A stretch of DNA of 64,000 nt, taken from the IMG/VR virus record IMGVR_UViG_3300008516_000159, one strand, 5' to 3'. Below the pieces are notes generated by a model. The model made no database searches. It was not told the origin of the DNA and saw nothing but the letters and a program-made list of their open reading frames with translations. The stretch comes from a virus. The translations under genes and the position numbers were made by a program. The stretch's first letter is position 1. Each line of letters begins with the position of its first letter. Of this stretch, positions 46,419 through 56,622 are shown one piece after another.

Positions 46419-47309
46419 ATGAAATCACTACTTTATATATGCCTTGTTGTTATGCTGGCAATTTTAGTCAGCTGTACCTCCATCCAAACCCAGAACTATA
46501 GCTCTCTGCTTGAGACAGCACAAACCAACGCAGAAATGATCGATAAGATCCTGGAAGAAAACTATAAACTAGAGATTGACATTCTCATAGAAGAAATCGT
46601 ATTAGACGAACGTGATTTGTACGACGTGTTCCTGAACCGCGAAGAGAGTTATATCACCAAATTAGAAACAACAACCCTTATGTTGGAAACCATTTATACG
46701 GCAAGAGTGGCGCTGGCAAACTACAACGCACTTACTATTAATTATATACAACTGTTATCTGCGCTATCTGGGGCTGTGGTAAATCAAGAGAGTTTCACCG
46801 AACTAGCCAAGATTATAGACAACACTTCCGATTCAATAGTGTCTGAGTTACGCGTGGCGTTACCAGCCGAAATCATACCAGTTTTGAGTTTATCCGGAAC
46901 AGAGATAGCCAGGCTGTTGGTAGAGCGGCAACGCAAAAAACTACTGGTAGAAGTCCTAGAAGGCAACCAGCCGGTCATAGAAGCATACAGCTTACAGTGT
47001 ATAAAAATCGTAGATAAGATCGAACTAGGGTTGTATCACACCTACAGCAAGTTGTTCGCCAAACTGGAAGAAGAATTATACAATGAAGAAAGACTGGATG
47101 CCAGGCGGGATCTAATCAATATGATCATCAAACTAAACAACAGATACACCAAAAACGTAGAGGCGCTGAGAATAGTAAAAGAAATATACGCCAGCTTGCC
47201 AGAGGTTCACGCGTCACTTAGTGAGTTGAAATACAACAAAGCCATAAGAGCCTTTGTCAAATACGGATCTCAATTACAAAAAGCATATAACGAAATATCT
47301 GGAGGATAA
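46419..47309 (+). CDS. Helical lipoprotein
   Basis: Lipobox LVSC; SD-like GAGG; opposite strand to its neighbours. Confidence 0.75.
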   Translation: MKSLLYICLVVMLAILVSCTSIQTQNYSSLLETAQTNAEMIDKILEENYKLEIDILIEEIVLDERDLYDVFLNREESYITKLETTTLMLETIYTARVALANYNALTINYIQLLSALSGAVVNQESFTELAKIIDNTSDSIVSELRVALPAEIIPVLSLSGTEIARLLVERQRKKLLVEVLEGNQPVIEAYSLQCIKIVDKIELGLYHTYSKLFAKLEEELYNEERLDARRDLINMIIKLNNRYTKNVEALRIVKEIYASLPEVHASLSELKYNKAIRAFVKYGSQLQKAYNEISGG

Positions 47310-47310
47310 A

Positions 47311-47643
47311 GTGTCAGATGATATATTAAACGCCTTACAAACATCCTTGACTGAGATGCGAGCTCAGTACCGCAAGATCCGCGGGAGACCAGAGGCCGCA
47401 GAAGTCAAGCTTAAAATACGAGAGCTCGAAAAACACTTTGAAACGATTCTTCTGTCGGATATGAAGCGCTTGGGCAAGAATACAGAATTAATCGAGAACC
47501 TGAACCTTTTGATTAAAGAAACAAAGCTTGCTGTTGATAAAATGAAAAAGGTCGTAGATAGAGTGGAAAAAGTGGCAAATGTAATTGATAAGATAAATGA
47601 TGTACTGAAAATTGCCGCAGACGTAGCCAGACAGGTTTTATGA
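47311..47643 (+). CDS. Coiled-coil hypothetical protein
   Basis: GTG start after GGAGG, directly after the lipoprotein stop. Confidence 0.65.
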   Translation: MSDDILNALQTSLTEMRAQYRKIRGRPEAAEVKLKIRELEKHFETILLSDMKRLGKNTELIENLNLLIKETKLAVDKMKKVVDRVEKVANVIDKINDVLKIAADVARQVL

Positions 47644-47952
47644 TATATCTAACATTTCAAATAAGGCTTCCAAGTGATCTTCTCTGACACTTCCGTTGAA
47701 TAATGTTGTATCCTCACCGTGATCGAACAAAGTAATTATAATAGACCGATGGTGTTCGCGCCAGTCGTCCTCATTGGCAGGTCCAGCATCCCATATTTGA
47801 TAATACCATTCGGAATTTTTAGGGCTAGTGAACCACCAAGTATCAGAATCCTTGGATTCTTCTTTAAACCCTCTTTTCTTTAAAAACGATGTGAACCAAT
47901 ATTCGTGGTCGTCTTTTAGGTAGGCTTTTGCTTTTCCGACTTTATCTTCCAT
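47638..47952 (-). CDS. Small protein with N-terminal AKxLL-like motif
   Basis: MEDKVGKAKAYLKDD. Confidence 0.6.
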   Translation of the reverse strand: MEDKVGKAKAYLKDDHEYWFTSFLKKRGFKEESKDSDTWWFTSPKNSEWYYQIWDAGPANEDDWREHHRSIIITLFDHGEDTTLFNGSVREDHLEALFEMLDIS

Positions 47953-48494
47953 GCCAACTGCGGTTCTGGTAATGCTTTTTCCATCTGTCGAATCTTCTTT
48001 GACGTCTCTCTTTATGCTTTTTTTCCGCTTCTCTTATCGCTTTATAATCTATCTTTTTACAAAAAGGACACGATAAATCATCAAAGTCATCGAACAATAT
48101 CATATAGTGTAATTGCATCCTCATCCATCTGCCGCGGTTAGTTATACCTGTTCGTACCGCGTATCGTCCGAACTTTCTTATGGCCCTTTTGTTGGTGCAC
48201 CACGGCCCACTCAAGGACGCATGTTTACAACTTGTTTTATTTTTGTCATGTGGGTTTCTACACTCTTTCATGATATGCCTTGTGTTTATATGGTGGGGCG
48301 AAGTAACAAAGAACCAGAAAAGACTTTATTTGGATTAGTCTTGAATCTTTAGTCTTTCGTGCCGCAATCGATTCTTTGGTTCTGCCTAGTGGCCAGAGGC
48401 CGGTGAGTTTTGAAAACCGTCAACGATTTAAGCCTTCAAGGAGGTATGTCCTCTAAGTAAGACTCTTCTGTGAACTTTGGCCCCGCCCCTCGTT

Positions 48495-48929
48495 TTATTC
48501 CAGTTCTGTCTGCCAGTTTATGCTTTGAATTTCACGATCGAGTTTGCGTCTTTCGATTTCAAAAAGTTCGATTTCCTCATTGAGCCTGGTTATATCGTAG
48601 TTCCTTTCATAAACAGGTTCTTCGCGGTACATTGACGAGTGCTCCGACAGCAACGTTTTTCGGCACTGCTTGTAGAAAATCATGATTGAATCGAGAATGC
48701 GAAGCGCGTTGAGTTTTTCGGTTAGATGATCGGCGTTTGCTTTGTCGATCCTGAGGTTAAGGCTCTCGAGCATGGCTTGAAGTTCTTTGTAATCAGCGAA
48801 AAGCAAGTCCATGTCGAACGGAAGCTGAAAGCCCTGACGCGTCACCAGATTGCTTGTGATCTCCTCCTTGATGTTGTTGATCTTTTTTATAAGATCTTTT
48901 CTTTCCATGAGTGCTTCTGAAAGTTTCAT
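48495..48929 (-). CDS. DIP1984/septicolysin-like helical protein
   Basis: MKLSEALMERKDL...RKLDREIQSINWQTEL termini typical of this family. Confidence 0.7.
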   Translation of the reverse strand: MKLSEALMERKDLIKKINNIKEEITSNLVTRQGFQLPFDMDLLFADYKELQAMLESLNLRIDKANADHLTEKLNALRILDSIMIFYKQCRKTLLSEHSSMYREEPVYERNYDITRLNEEIELFEIERRKLDREIQSINWQTELE

Positions 48930-49151
48930 ATACTACCTCTTCTTGGTCTGTATAATATATATGTCTCCAGGAGTATTTATTTTTCCTGGCTCTTACGATA
49001 TTTCCTCATTTGTTCAACCGCATGCGGAAAAGAGCGGCACCTCGGACACACCATTCCTTCTTTGAAGAACGACCATCGTTTCTTTTTCTCTTTAAAAGCT
49101 TTTCTATCTACTATTTCCTGATAGCCACAAATCATACAGGTTAAAAAGAAC

Positions 49152-49778
49152 TCAGTCCTCATTTTTAACCTCTAAATGCACAATCAACGCCTTGTGTTTT
49201 TCTTCTTTGTCTTGAACTTCAACTTCTTCAGGTTTCTCGGTGAGATCAAAATACTTTTCACAGACAGATATAAACTCTTTGGGATTTAGTTCATTTCTTC
49301 CTTTTCCGATGAAAACATATATAACGGCTTTTCCGTCGTCATTTAACACTCTTCGAATTTCTTTTAATGACTTGTTGATGTCTGTAGTGTGCAATACAGA
49401 TAAAGAATAAACAAAGTCAAAAGCTTCGTCTTTATATTTTAAATCTTCAGCGTCTCCGGTCCTGAATTTTACCTTGTCCCGAATTCCTTTCGGTTGTTCT
49501 TTAAGATTTTCCTTTGCCATTTCGATAGCTTCTGGAACTATATCTATTCCAACGATTTCGTCCCTGGCGATTGTAGCCAATAAAAACGTATCAACCCCGG
49601 CAGCACAGCCTATTTCTAAAATCCTATCGAATTTGCCGTAATTTTTGACGATATTTTTTGTTAAATTACTCGGCTTTTTTTTAGTCCAATGTTCTTCGCC
49701 ATCATCATAAACCTTCTTCCAGAATTTTTTATCAGATTCATTAAGAACCTCTTTCATTACATCTTTAACTGATTTCAT
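49152..49778 (-). CDS. Class I SAM-dependent methyltransferase
   Basis: ILEIGCAAG, GIDI, GDAE.L, FDFVYS. Confidence 0.9.
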   Translation of the reverse strand: MKSVKDVMKEVLNESDKKFWKKVYDDGEEHWTKKKPSNLTKNIVKNYGKFDRILEIGCAAGVDTFLLATIARDEIVGIDIVPEAIEMAKENLKEQPKGIRDKVKFRTGDAEDLKYKDEAFDFVYSLSVLHTTDINKSLKEIRRVLNDDGKAVIYVFIGKGRNELNPKEFISVCEKYFDLTEKPEEVEVQDKEEKHKALIVHLEVKNED

Positions 49779-49781
49779 AGT

Positions 49782-51014
49782 TCACCTCTTCTCGCTGTCT
49801 GTGCTTTCGTCATTTTTGTTTGTATTCTTTTTCGGCTTTACGCCATCTTTCTCGGGTGCCGATTCAGCTGGAGGCTCTGGCGCTTCTTCGGTTTTTGTCT
49901 CGATAGGTTGTTCTGCTGTGGCTTTATCCAGCGACGCTTGAATAATATTTAAAAACTCATCGCCGCCCTTGACACAAAACGTAATAATATCATCTTCCCG
50001 GAACTTGCCTGATTTATGAAACTTTCTTACAGCCTTATCTATTTCTGGATAATGCCAGGCTTTTATCGTCCAGCTGCCTGTTGATTTCTTTGGAACTCTT
50101 TTTTCTTTGAGTTGCTCTTCCAGTTCTTTCGAGGCAGGTATGATGATTTCATAATCTTTCAGTATATTAAATAAACCAGAATAAGGGTCCAATCCATGGG
50201 ACATGTCGAAAAGAAAGCTCATTTGCTTACCAAACGTGCCCATTCTGGACTTGATGATCTTAGCCCTGAGACCGACAACACTAACACCTTTGGCAGATTT
50301 GTCTATCTCGAACAAATCTTTGTCGAACGATAACTCCACTGTCAAAGATGGGGCAAACAACATAATAGTACCGCCGCCAACAACCTTTTTGGGACCATAT
50401 AAATCCATTGATTGCGTATAATGCGCCGTCATGAGCAGACACATATTCATTTTTTGGATTTTCCGTGCGTAAGTTCTGAAATATTCTCTGACCTGTTTGG
50501 CTTTTGCACCCATGTCAGAGCCCTTTGCTGGGTTGATTTCTTTCTCAGTCGAGATCATTGACATAGAGTCAATAACCATTAGAACTTTCTTGTTGGATTG
50601 ATTCTTTTCGATGATATCGATAACCTTGCCCATTTTAGCCTTGAGTTCGTCCATGATATCGACAGGCGAATATAGAATTTTGTTCGGGTCGGCACCAATA
50701 AACTTCGCAAAATTTGCATCTGCGCCGCCACCTTCTGCGTCCAAATATATAATCAAATCAATGTTTGGATCTCTCATACAAGAGAGAACCATGGCTGTTT
50801 TACCTGTACTCGGATCTCCAACAAAACAAACAGATCTACCAGTTGGCAGACCCTTAAATAAACTCTTGGAACATATCCAGTTTAACGCATAATTAGATGT
50901 GCTGATCCAACCAGGTATTTGACCGTACTTTTTATCTTCACCGAATACAACCAGAGGATTTTCTGGGTAATCGGCCTTGAAGCTTTTTACCAACTCTTTC
51001 GTAAGGGTATCCAT
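49782..51014 (-). CDS. uvsX: RecA/UvsX-like recombinase
   Basis: WISTSNYALN, GLPTGR, GDPSTGKT Walker A, MVIDSM Walker B, GGG. Confidence 0.9.
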   Translation of the reverse strand: MDTLTKELVKSFKADYPENPLVVFGEDKKYGQIPGWISTSNYALNWICSKSLFKGLPTGRSVCFVGDPSTGKTAMVLSCMRDPNIDLIIYLDAEGGGADANFAKFIGADPNKILYSPVDIMDELKAKMGKVIDIIEKNQSNKKVLMVIDSMSMISTEKEINPAKGSDMGAKAKQVREYFRTYARKIQKMNMCLLMTAHYTQSMDLYGPKKVVGGGTIMLFAPSLTVELSFDKDLFEIDKSAKGVSVVGLRAKIIKSRMGTFGKQMSFLFDMSHGLDPYSGLFNILKDYEIIIPASKELEEQLKEKRVPKKSTGSWTIKAWHYPEIDKAVRKFHKSGKFREDDIITFCVKGGDEFLNIIQASLDKATAEQPIETKTEEAPEPPAESAPEKDGVKPKKNTNKNDESTDSEKR

Positions 51015-51272
51015 ATAGGTAATGCTCCTAACTAGGCTTTTATACTATATATGTTTTATACTAGTGGCGCTAATGTATTTAAGGCGGCCCAAATATTCTT
51101 GAGCTCCTTGGCAACTTCACGCTTGAACTGCTTGGGCGAACCCTTGTGTTCGGCAATACGAGTTTCTATTCTATCGCACGCCTTCTGGAGGTAATCAACC
51201 CTCACCCCTTTATCGTACGGTACCGCTCCGCGGATGTTACGTAACTTGTTTCTCATTATCTTCAACCTCTGT

Positions 51273-51755
51273 TTATATAGTTGGATGTTTCTTGGGATCT
51301 TCAACAAACTCTCCCTCCCCAGAATCAACCAGTGTTTTAATTGTTATGCCTCTTAGGTGGTCATACTCATGCTGAAACACAATCGAGTTCAAGCCAGAAT
51401 ACTTTTTAATCAGTATCCTGTTGCCATCACTAAACCTGACTTTCACTTCGGCCGGTCGAACAACTTTAACTGTCATTCCCGGATAACTCAAGCAGCCCTC
51501 TTCTGTCGATATGGTTTCCGGCGAAAGCATGATGAACTCTGGGTTAAAAAATACTGTCCATATGCCATCCATCCTTGCCACAAAGAAACAATCAAACAGA
51601 CCCAATTGAGGTGCCGCGAGACCAACGCCATTATTCGCTCGACAAAACTCAACCATTTTATGTGGAATCTTGTTTTTGAAATGAGTGATCATTCGATTTC
51701 GCGATAACGGCTTACTTACAACGTCCTCGATCCTTTTTGCCTCCGCCAGGATCAT
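51273..51755 (-). CDS. def: Peptide deformylase
   Basis: GVGLAAPQ, EGCLS, QHEYDHLRG. Confidence 0.95.
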   Translation of the reverse strand: MILAEAKRIEDVVSKPLSRNRMITHFKNKIPHKMVEFCRANNGVGLAAPQLGLFDCFFVARMDGIWTVFFNPEFIMLSPETISTEEGCLSYPGMTVKVVRPAEVKVRFSDGNRILIKKYSGLNSIVFQHEYDHLRGITIKTLVDSGEGEFVEDPKKHPTI

Positions 51756-52010
51756 AGTCCCCTCCTAATCTATCTACACTTAAATTCATAACTTCCTTTA
51801 TAATTTTCACAGACGTGGCTTTCGACATAAACAGCTCTGCGCGCATTAAGTCATCGTGCTTTTCGCTGCGCATCAATATACAATCGTTGCCGTCTGTGGC
51901 TATAACGCTGAATTCTTCTCCCGGTTTTATCTTACTGCCGTGATCGCCATCAAGCTCTATTATATTGATAACTACATCTCCAGGCATCAAAGACATTGTT
52001 AGGTCATCTT

Positions 52011-52316
52011 TCATTTTAGGTTCCTTCTGAGTAATAGCTTGGCCACCTTTGCTTTGTATTTATCACTCCTCTCGTCTATCTCCACCATTGAACTACCCTT
52101 TGTGGCGAACCTGTCGAGGTCTTTAGGTGTAAAGCGAACTATACCATTTGAATATGCAGGCGTCGAATCTTGGGGAAAGAACTCAAGAAAGTATATCGGG
52201 CCGTCGTTATTCCAGAGGGCAGGCCCATTCTCGACAGCTCTGCAGATCACTATCCATCTTTCTTTTGTAGAGTTCACGAACTCGTAATACTTACCGACGC
52301 TCATTTTTGATATCAT
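52011..52316 (-). CDS. Small protein with C-terminal AKxLL motif
   Basis: KAKVAKLLLRRNLK. Confidence 0.65.
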   Translation of the reverse strand: MISKMSVGKYYEFVNSTKERWIVICRAVENGPALWNNDGPIYFLEFFPQDSTPAYSNGIVRFTPKDLDRFATKGSSMVEIDERSDKYKAKVAKLLLRRNLK

Positions 52317-52557
52317 TGTTTTTTACCAATAAAAGAAACTTGGCCGCTTCTGTTTTGCTTGCTTTTTTATAACCGCGTTTGAGTGAATGTTGTTGTTCTT
52401 CGTTCAAAGACAAACTTACTGTATCAGTAAGCTCTGCTGTTTCGTTATATCTATGCAATGTTGCACAATCTTCATCACGAAAAATGGCTATGTATTTAAA
52501 CCAAAACACCGCGGTCTTACTCGATCCTGGCTTTCGGATATATAAATCAAAGTCCAT
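52291..52557 (-). CDS. Small protein with C-terminal AKxLL motif
   Basis: KTEAAKFLLLVK. Confidence 0.65.
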   Translation of the reverse strand: MDFDLYIRKPGSSKTAVFWFKYIAIFRDEDCATLHRYNETAELTDTVSLSLNEEQQHSLKRGYKKASKTEAAKFLLLVKNNDIKNERR

Positions 52558-52792
52558 ATAGTTTAGCCTTGGCTAGTTCTATTCTCGTCACGCGTCTTAT
52601 TTTTATATCTTCGAAAATGTCAGTCTGTATCGGCACACCATTTACTCTTTCTAGTTGTCTAGGTCCAGCTAAATAAACATCTATCAGATCTCCTGAACGA
52701 GCATTAACAGTATACTTGATAAACGACCATTCAGGTTCGGTTTCGATGCTCAAGAAATATATCTCTCCAGGGATTGTTTCTTGCCAGATCAT
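52547..52792 (-). CDS. Small protein with C-terminal AKxLL-like motif
   Basis: RIELAKAKLYGL. Confidence 0.6.
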   Translation of the reverse strand: MIWQETIPGEIYFLSIETEPEWSFIKYTVNARSGDLIDVYLAGPRQLERVNGVPIQTDIFEDIKIRRVTRIELAKAKLYGL

Positions 52793-52814
52793 TTTGTTAT
52801 ATATATGTCACAAA

Positions 52815-53099
52815 TCAGAAATACTCTATATCTACTTTTTCCTTGTGCTTGTCAAAATCATCTTGAAAGCTTTCTGCGGCTGGTTCATTAGCAAAATGAG
52901 TTAGAACTTCTATTCCGCAGACAAGACACTTAAACATATCGGCGTGCCAAATTTTATAGTCCTTGTCGTTTTTTAATAGCTCTTTGGCGACCTTGGTTTT
53001 GTTGCCATCAAATATATTCTTTTTTAGTTGATGAACAACGACGCCATTCTTAAGTGGCAACATTTCCCTGTGACATTTAACGCAAACCGGTCTTTTCAT
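52815..53099 (-). CDS. Zinc-ribbon protein with inserted AKxLL motif
   Basis: CVKC...KTKVAKELLKND...CLVCG. Confidence 0.65.
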   Translation of the reverse strand: MKRPVCVKCHREMLPLKNGVVVHQLKKNIFDGNKTKVAKELLKNDKDYKIWHADMFKCLVCGIEVLTHFANEPAAESFQDDFDKHKEKVDIEYF

Positions 53100-53319
53100 T
53101 TTATCCTCATGGTTTATAAGTTTTTATTTGGATTTTGATGTTAGGTCTGATTTTGAGAAGATCAGGTATGGCTACCTTGATGTGCTTCATATCGCCATAA
53201 TAGAGGTTCCACTTTTCATCGCCGTCTTCGCATTCCAGGTAATAGTTGATGTTCTGGAAAAATGGGACAACTCTGATTCCTTTTCCCAAAGATAAGTTTT
53301 GAAAGAGTTTCATACTATT

Positions 53320-53348
53320 AATATATCACATTATAAAGGTTTTGTAAA
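53320..53348 (-). promoter_or_regulatory. Sigma70-type promoter
   Basis: TTTACA-N17-TATATT. Confidence 0.55.
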
Positions 53349-53354
53349 GGGAAA

Positions 53355-53639
53355 ATGGCCAGATTTAAAAAAGGAAACGTTATTCTTGCTAGCCTCTGGC
53401 CTCAAGCCGATGCTATTGACTATGTGATAGATGAGAAAATGGACGAGATTTATTTATCTGAAATTGGATGGTTCAAAAAAGGCGAAAAGGTACCTGTGAT
53501 AAATCCAGGATGGGCCAAAAAGTACACCCATAAGGCCAGCCATATGGACCTCAGGGCATCTTGTTATAAAGAAATAGGAGATACATTACAAGAAGGTAAA
53601 TGTAGATTAATAAAAATGACATTCGTAAGAAAAAAATGA
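53355..53639 (+). CDS. Small hypothetical protein
   Basis: FKKGNVI N-terminus; ends RLIKMTF. Confidence 0.65.
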   Translation: MARFKKGNVILASLWPQADAIDYVIDEKMDEIYLSEIGWFKKGEKVPVINPGWAKKYTHKASHMDLRASCYKEIGDTLQEGKCRLIKMTFVRKK

Positions 53640-53905
53640 AATATAAACCAGGGGATGTTCTAGAGTATGAAATAGAGCCAGGAGAATCATTAAGAATACT
53701 CGGACTCGTGTTTCGCATAAAAGACGGCAAATATCACTGTGTGACATTGGGATATACTATACAGGGTAAAGAACTTTTTTTCTGGGATACCGCAGAGGGC
53801 CATGACTTTAGCACATTTGATCCAAATGAAATTACCGGCAAAAGAAAAATTGACATTATTCTTAAACTTAAACACGATATAATGCATGGATTATTTGTTA
53901 AATGA
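53636..53905 (+). CDS. Small hypothetical protein
   Basis: YKPGDVL; ends DIMHGLF; ATGA overlap with the previous ORF. Confidence 0.68.
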   Translation: MKYKPGDVLEYEIEPGESLRILGLVFRIKDGKYHCVTLGYTIQGKELFFWDTAEGHDFSTFDPNEITGKRKIDIILKLKHDIMHGLFVK

Positions 53906-54201
53906 AAATCGAACCTGGAGATGTGTTAGCGACTGGCAGAGGAGTAGGCGTTTCGACTCTTCGCTTGGTTTTCGCCGATAGAGGCAAGCGATATGATTAT
54001 GTTTTGATAGGATACTATAATCCTGACCGAGACGGTTATGAATTTTGGGATAAACTCGAAGACTATATGACAGCAACGGCCGACGAAGTGAGACTGACCC
54101 ATCTTGACAAAGTAAAATTTAAAATTCCACCAGATCTCAAATGGAAAATAGTTCAAGGATTATTTCTAAAGGGAAACGATGGAAGAATAATAACGAATTA
54201 A
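53902..54201 (+). CDS. Small hypothetical protein (paralog of previous)
   Basis: IEPGDVL...FWD; KIVQGLF. Confidence 0.68.
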   Translation: MKIEPGDVLATGRGVGVSTLRLVFADRGKRYDYVLIGYYNPDRDGYEFWDKLEDYMTATADEVRLTHLDKVKFKIPPDLKWKIVQGLFLKGNDGRIITN

Positions 54202-54223
54202 GATGCGCTCCCGAGAGAAATAT

Positions 54224-54595
54224 TTAGGATTCGCAGTTCTTAGGCTTCGAGTTAAATGGATCCATTTGACCTGGCCACTTGTCTTTGTGTAGCAACAATC
54301 CAATTATAGCATAAACAGATACATCCAGCCAGGTATCCTCAATACTCTCATGATGCGGTTTCTTATTCTTGAGAAGAAGATTTTTGAGCCTGGAGAATTT
54401 ATCGTTCATCCGAATAAGAACACCTATTTCCCCGAACTCAGCAATATTTTGTGTGGAGTAATCTCTTTGCTTGGTATCAAATGTGATTGCGGTTTGTATT
54501 ACTTCTCTCAAGTATTCTTTGGTGAGTGGTACTTCTAACTTGAGGTTCTCGTACAACACGTCGACGACTTTATCGATTCGTTCATCAGATGCCAT
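54224..54595 (-). CDS. Nucleotide-modification-associated domain (DUF1599/Nmad1-like)
   Basis: KQRDY...GVLIRMNDKFSRLKNL...ESIEDTWLD...YAII. Confidence 0.8.
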   Translation of the reverse strand: MASDERIDKVVDVLYENLKLEVPLTKEYLREVIQTAITFDTKQRDYSTQNIAEFGEIGVLIRMNDKFSRLKNLLLKNKKPHHESIEDTWLDVSVYAIIGLLLHKDKWPGQMDPFNSKPKNCES

Positions 54596-54635
54596 GTTTT
54601 TCTCCTTGTTTTGTTGACTGTATTATATATATGTT

Positions 54636-54887
54636 TTATTCTTCGTCGTAATAGTTCCTCTTAATCATCCTCTTAAATTCTTCGGAGCCTGCAAAATTTG
54701 TCATACTCTGATATACCCTTCTGTGATAATCGTCGCCATCGAACGCTGGGCCGTCTACTGTCCATCTTTTACAGCTATTTGGATAGCTCGTAAACTCAAA
54801 CATTTGACACGCCGCACGAAAATAACAACTCTCGCAACTCTGCAATAAGAGTGACTTCGCTTTAGACGATTTTGATAAGCTCTTCAT
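54636..54887 (-). CDS. AKxLL-CxxC microprotein
   Basis: KSSKAKSLLLQSCESC...CKRW. Confidence 0.72.
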   Translation of the reverse strand: MKSLSKSSKAKSLLLQSCESCYFRAACQMFEFTSYPNSCKRWTVDGPAFDGDDYHRRVYQSMTNFAGSEEFKRMIKRNYYDEE

Positions 54888-56622
54888 AATATCGCCTCAT
54901 TGGAAACTCAATCTCTTCGTCAAAATCTTCCTTGTAGCTGTGCCATATTCTCACATCTTCTATGAACTTGTTGAGCAGATCGCTATCATCTACCCGCGGT
55001 GAGATTTTGATGATTTTGACAAACACTTCTTCATTCGGCTCACCCGTTTCAACAACGCTTTGAACGAGCTCATGTAGAAGGGATTTTATTTGTCCCTGCT
55101 CGTCCGCCGTGAGTTCTTTACGAGAGTCGCTCTCAACACTACGGCGTATTATTTTTAGCCGATTGTTGCCATTGTTCTTGCTTATTATCTGTACTTTTAT
55201 CGATGCCATTGGATATTGAAATACCCTCCGTACATTTTTTAAGTTGTTCTATCGAAGCAACACACAAATCCATCAATTTCCTATAAAATCTCTTGATATC
55301 TACCAGCTCCTCGACTACGCGTGGAGAAATAAACTTGAGTATCATATAAGTTTTGTTTTTCCTGCGCTGCATTATGGTGCGTATTAAATCCTTGTCGTGG
55401 ATATGATACACTATAACTTTTGCGCGATCTGTGTCTGTCTCGATCTTCTCTTCAACATCGAAACACTTGAGCTCGTCAGTGCCAATAAAGAAATCCTTCC
55501 TTGGTACGGCGTCCAAGGCTTGAACCGTTTCTATCCAATCGCCATAATCGGCTTTCATGTTATCCAGCTCTGCTTCTAACAAAGAAACCATTCCGGCAAT
55601 CTCAAAAGGATTATAGTTCTCATTGACCAAATCGCAAACCTGATGCACATATCGCGCGAGCTTATCTGGTATCTTTTGACCTGTTGCGCTATTATATGCT
55701 ATCATAGATACTTGTTCATTTCACCGATGAGTTTGTCCTGTTGCTCTAGCAACCTGCTCTTTGTTATTTCGATGAAATCGTCCACGATGGCCAAAACCCT
55801 AAGCACTACATCACCCCTAATAGCAAAGTTATACACATCCTCCTGCTTCTTGTTGGTAGGATCCTCGCTAATGACAAGCTTTTTCTCGGTCCTCATTCTG
55901 TTGCAGTTCTCTATCAACGATGCCAGACTGTTCAACTGCGCTTTTGTTTTGAGAATATCCTGCTTGAGAGTTTCTTTTTCACCCAACTGTGGTGCTGTCG
56001 GTTCTACTGGCACTGTTCCGGGGGCTTGGATTTTGGTGCTTTTCTCTTCTTCTTTGGGTTTATTATCATTTACGCCCTTCATATTTTTAGCTCCTTGTTT
56101 GTTATGTTGCACCGCCTGGTCTAGGCAATCTTTGACCTGTCGGTTTTGCTTTTTGTTGTGCTATCTGTACATCCAAATTCTGCACGTCTTGCTGAAGCTT
56201 GTTTATTTGTCGCATCATGTTTTGTTTTTGCATCAATAATCTTTCCAGTGTGGCATTGCCGGTTTCTTTTGCTGTCTCCAGCTCTTTATCTGTTGCAGTA
56301 CCGGCAGCCTGAGCTGGGGTTGCCACGGCGGCCTGTTCTAGAATATCATTCAGTTTCGCCATTTATTTCTCCTCATACAAACCGAATATGTAATCTGCTG
56401 CATCTTCTGCGTCATCAAACGCATATTCGTCTACGCGTATTTTCCCTTCTGATATGTTTGCGCGCACCATATTTCTTTTGGCGCTGCAATCTACAATACT
56501 GCTCTCTCTGACCACTATGCTGGCTTCGATATGATTGGAACGAAACTTGTTTCTTAGCCTATTCACCAGCGATACTTCATTGCTTAAATCCACACAAAGC
56601 TTGTTGTTTTTATATATAGCTT

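Noticed and set aside
55643-56239. Long plus-strand ORFs antisense to minus-strand genes (for example 55643..56239, 19197..19628, 29373..29813)
   Set aside because: They are shadows of better-supported minus-strand features and have no motifs.
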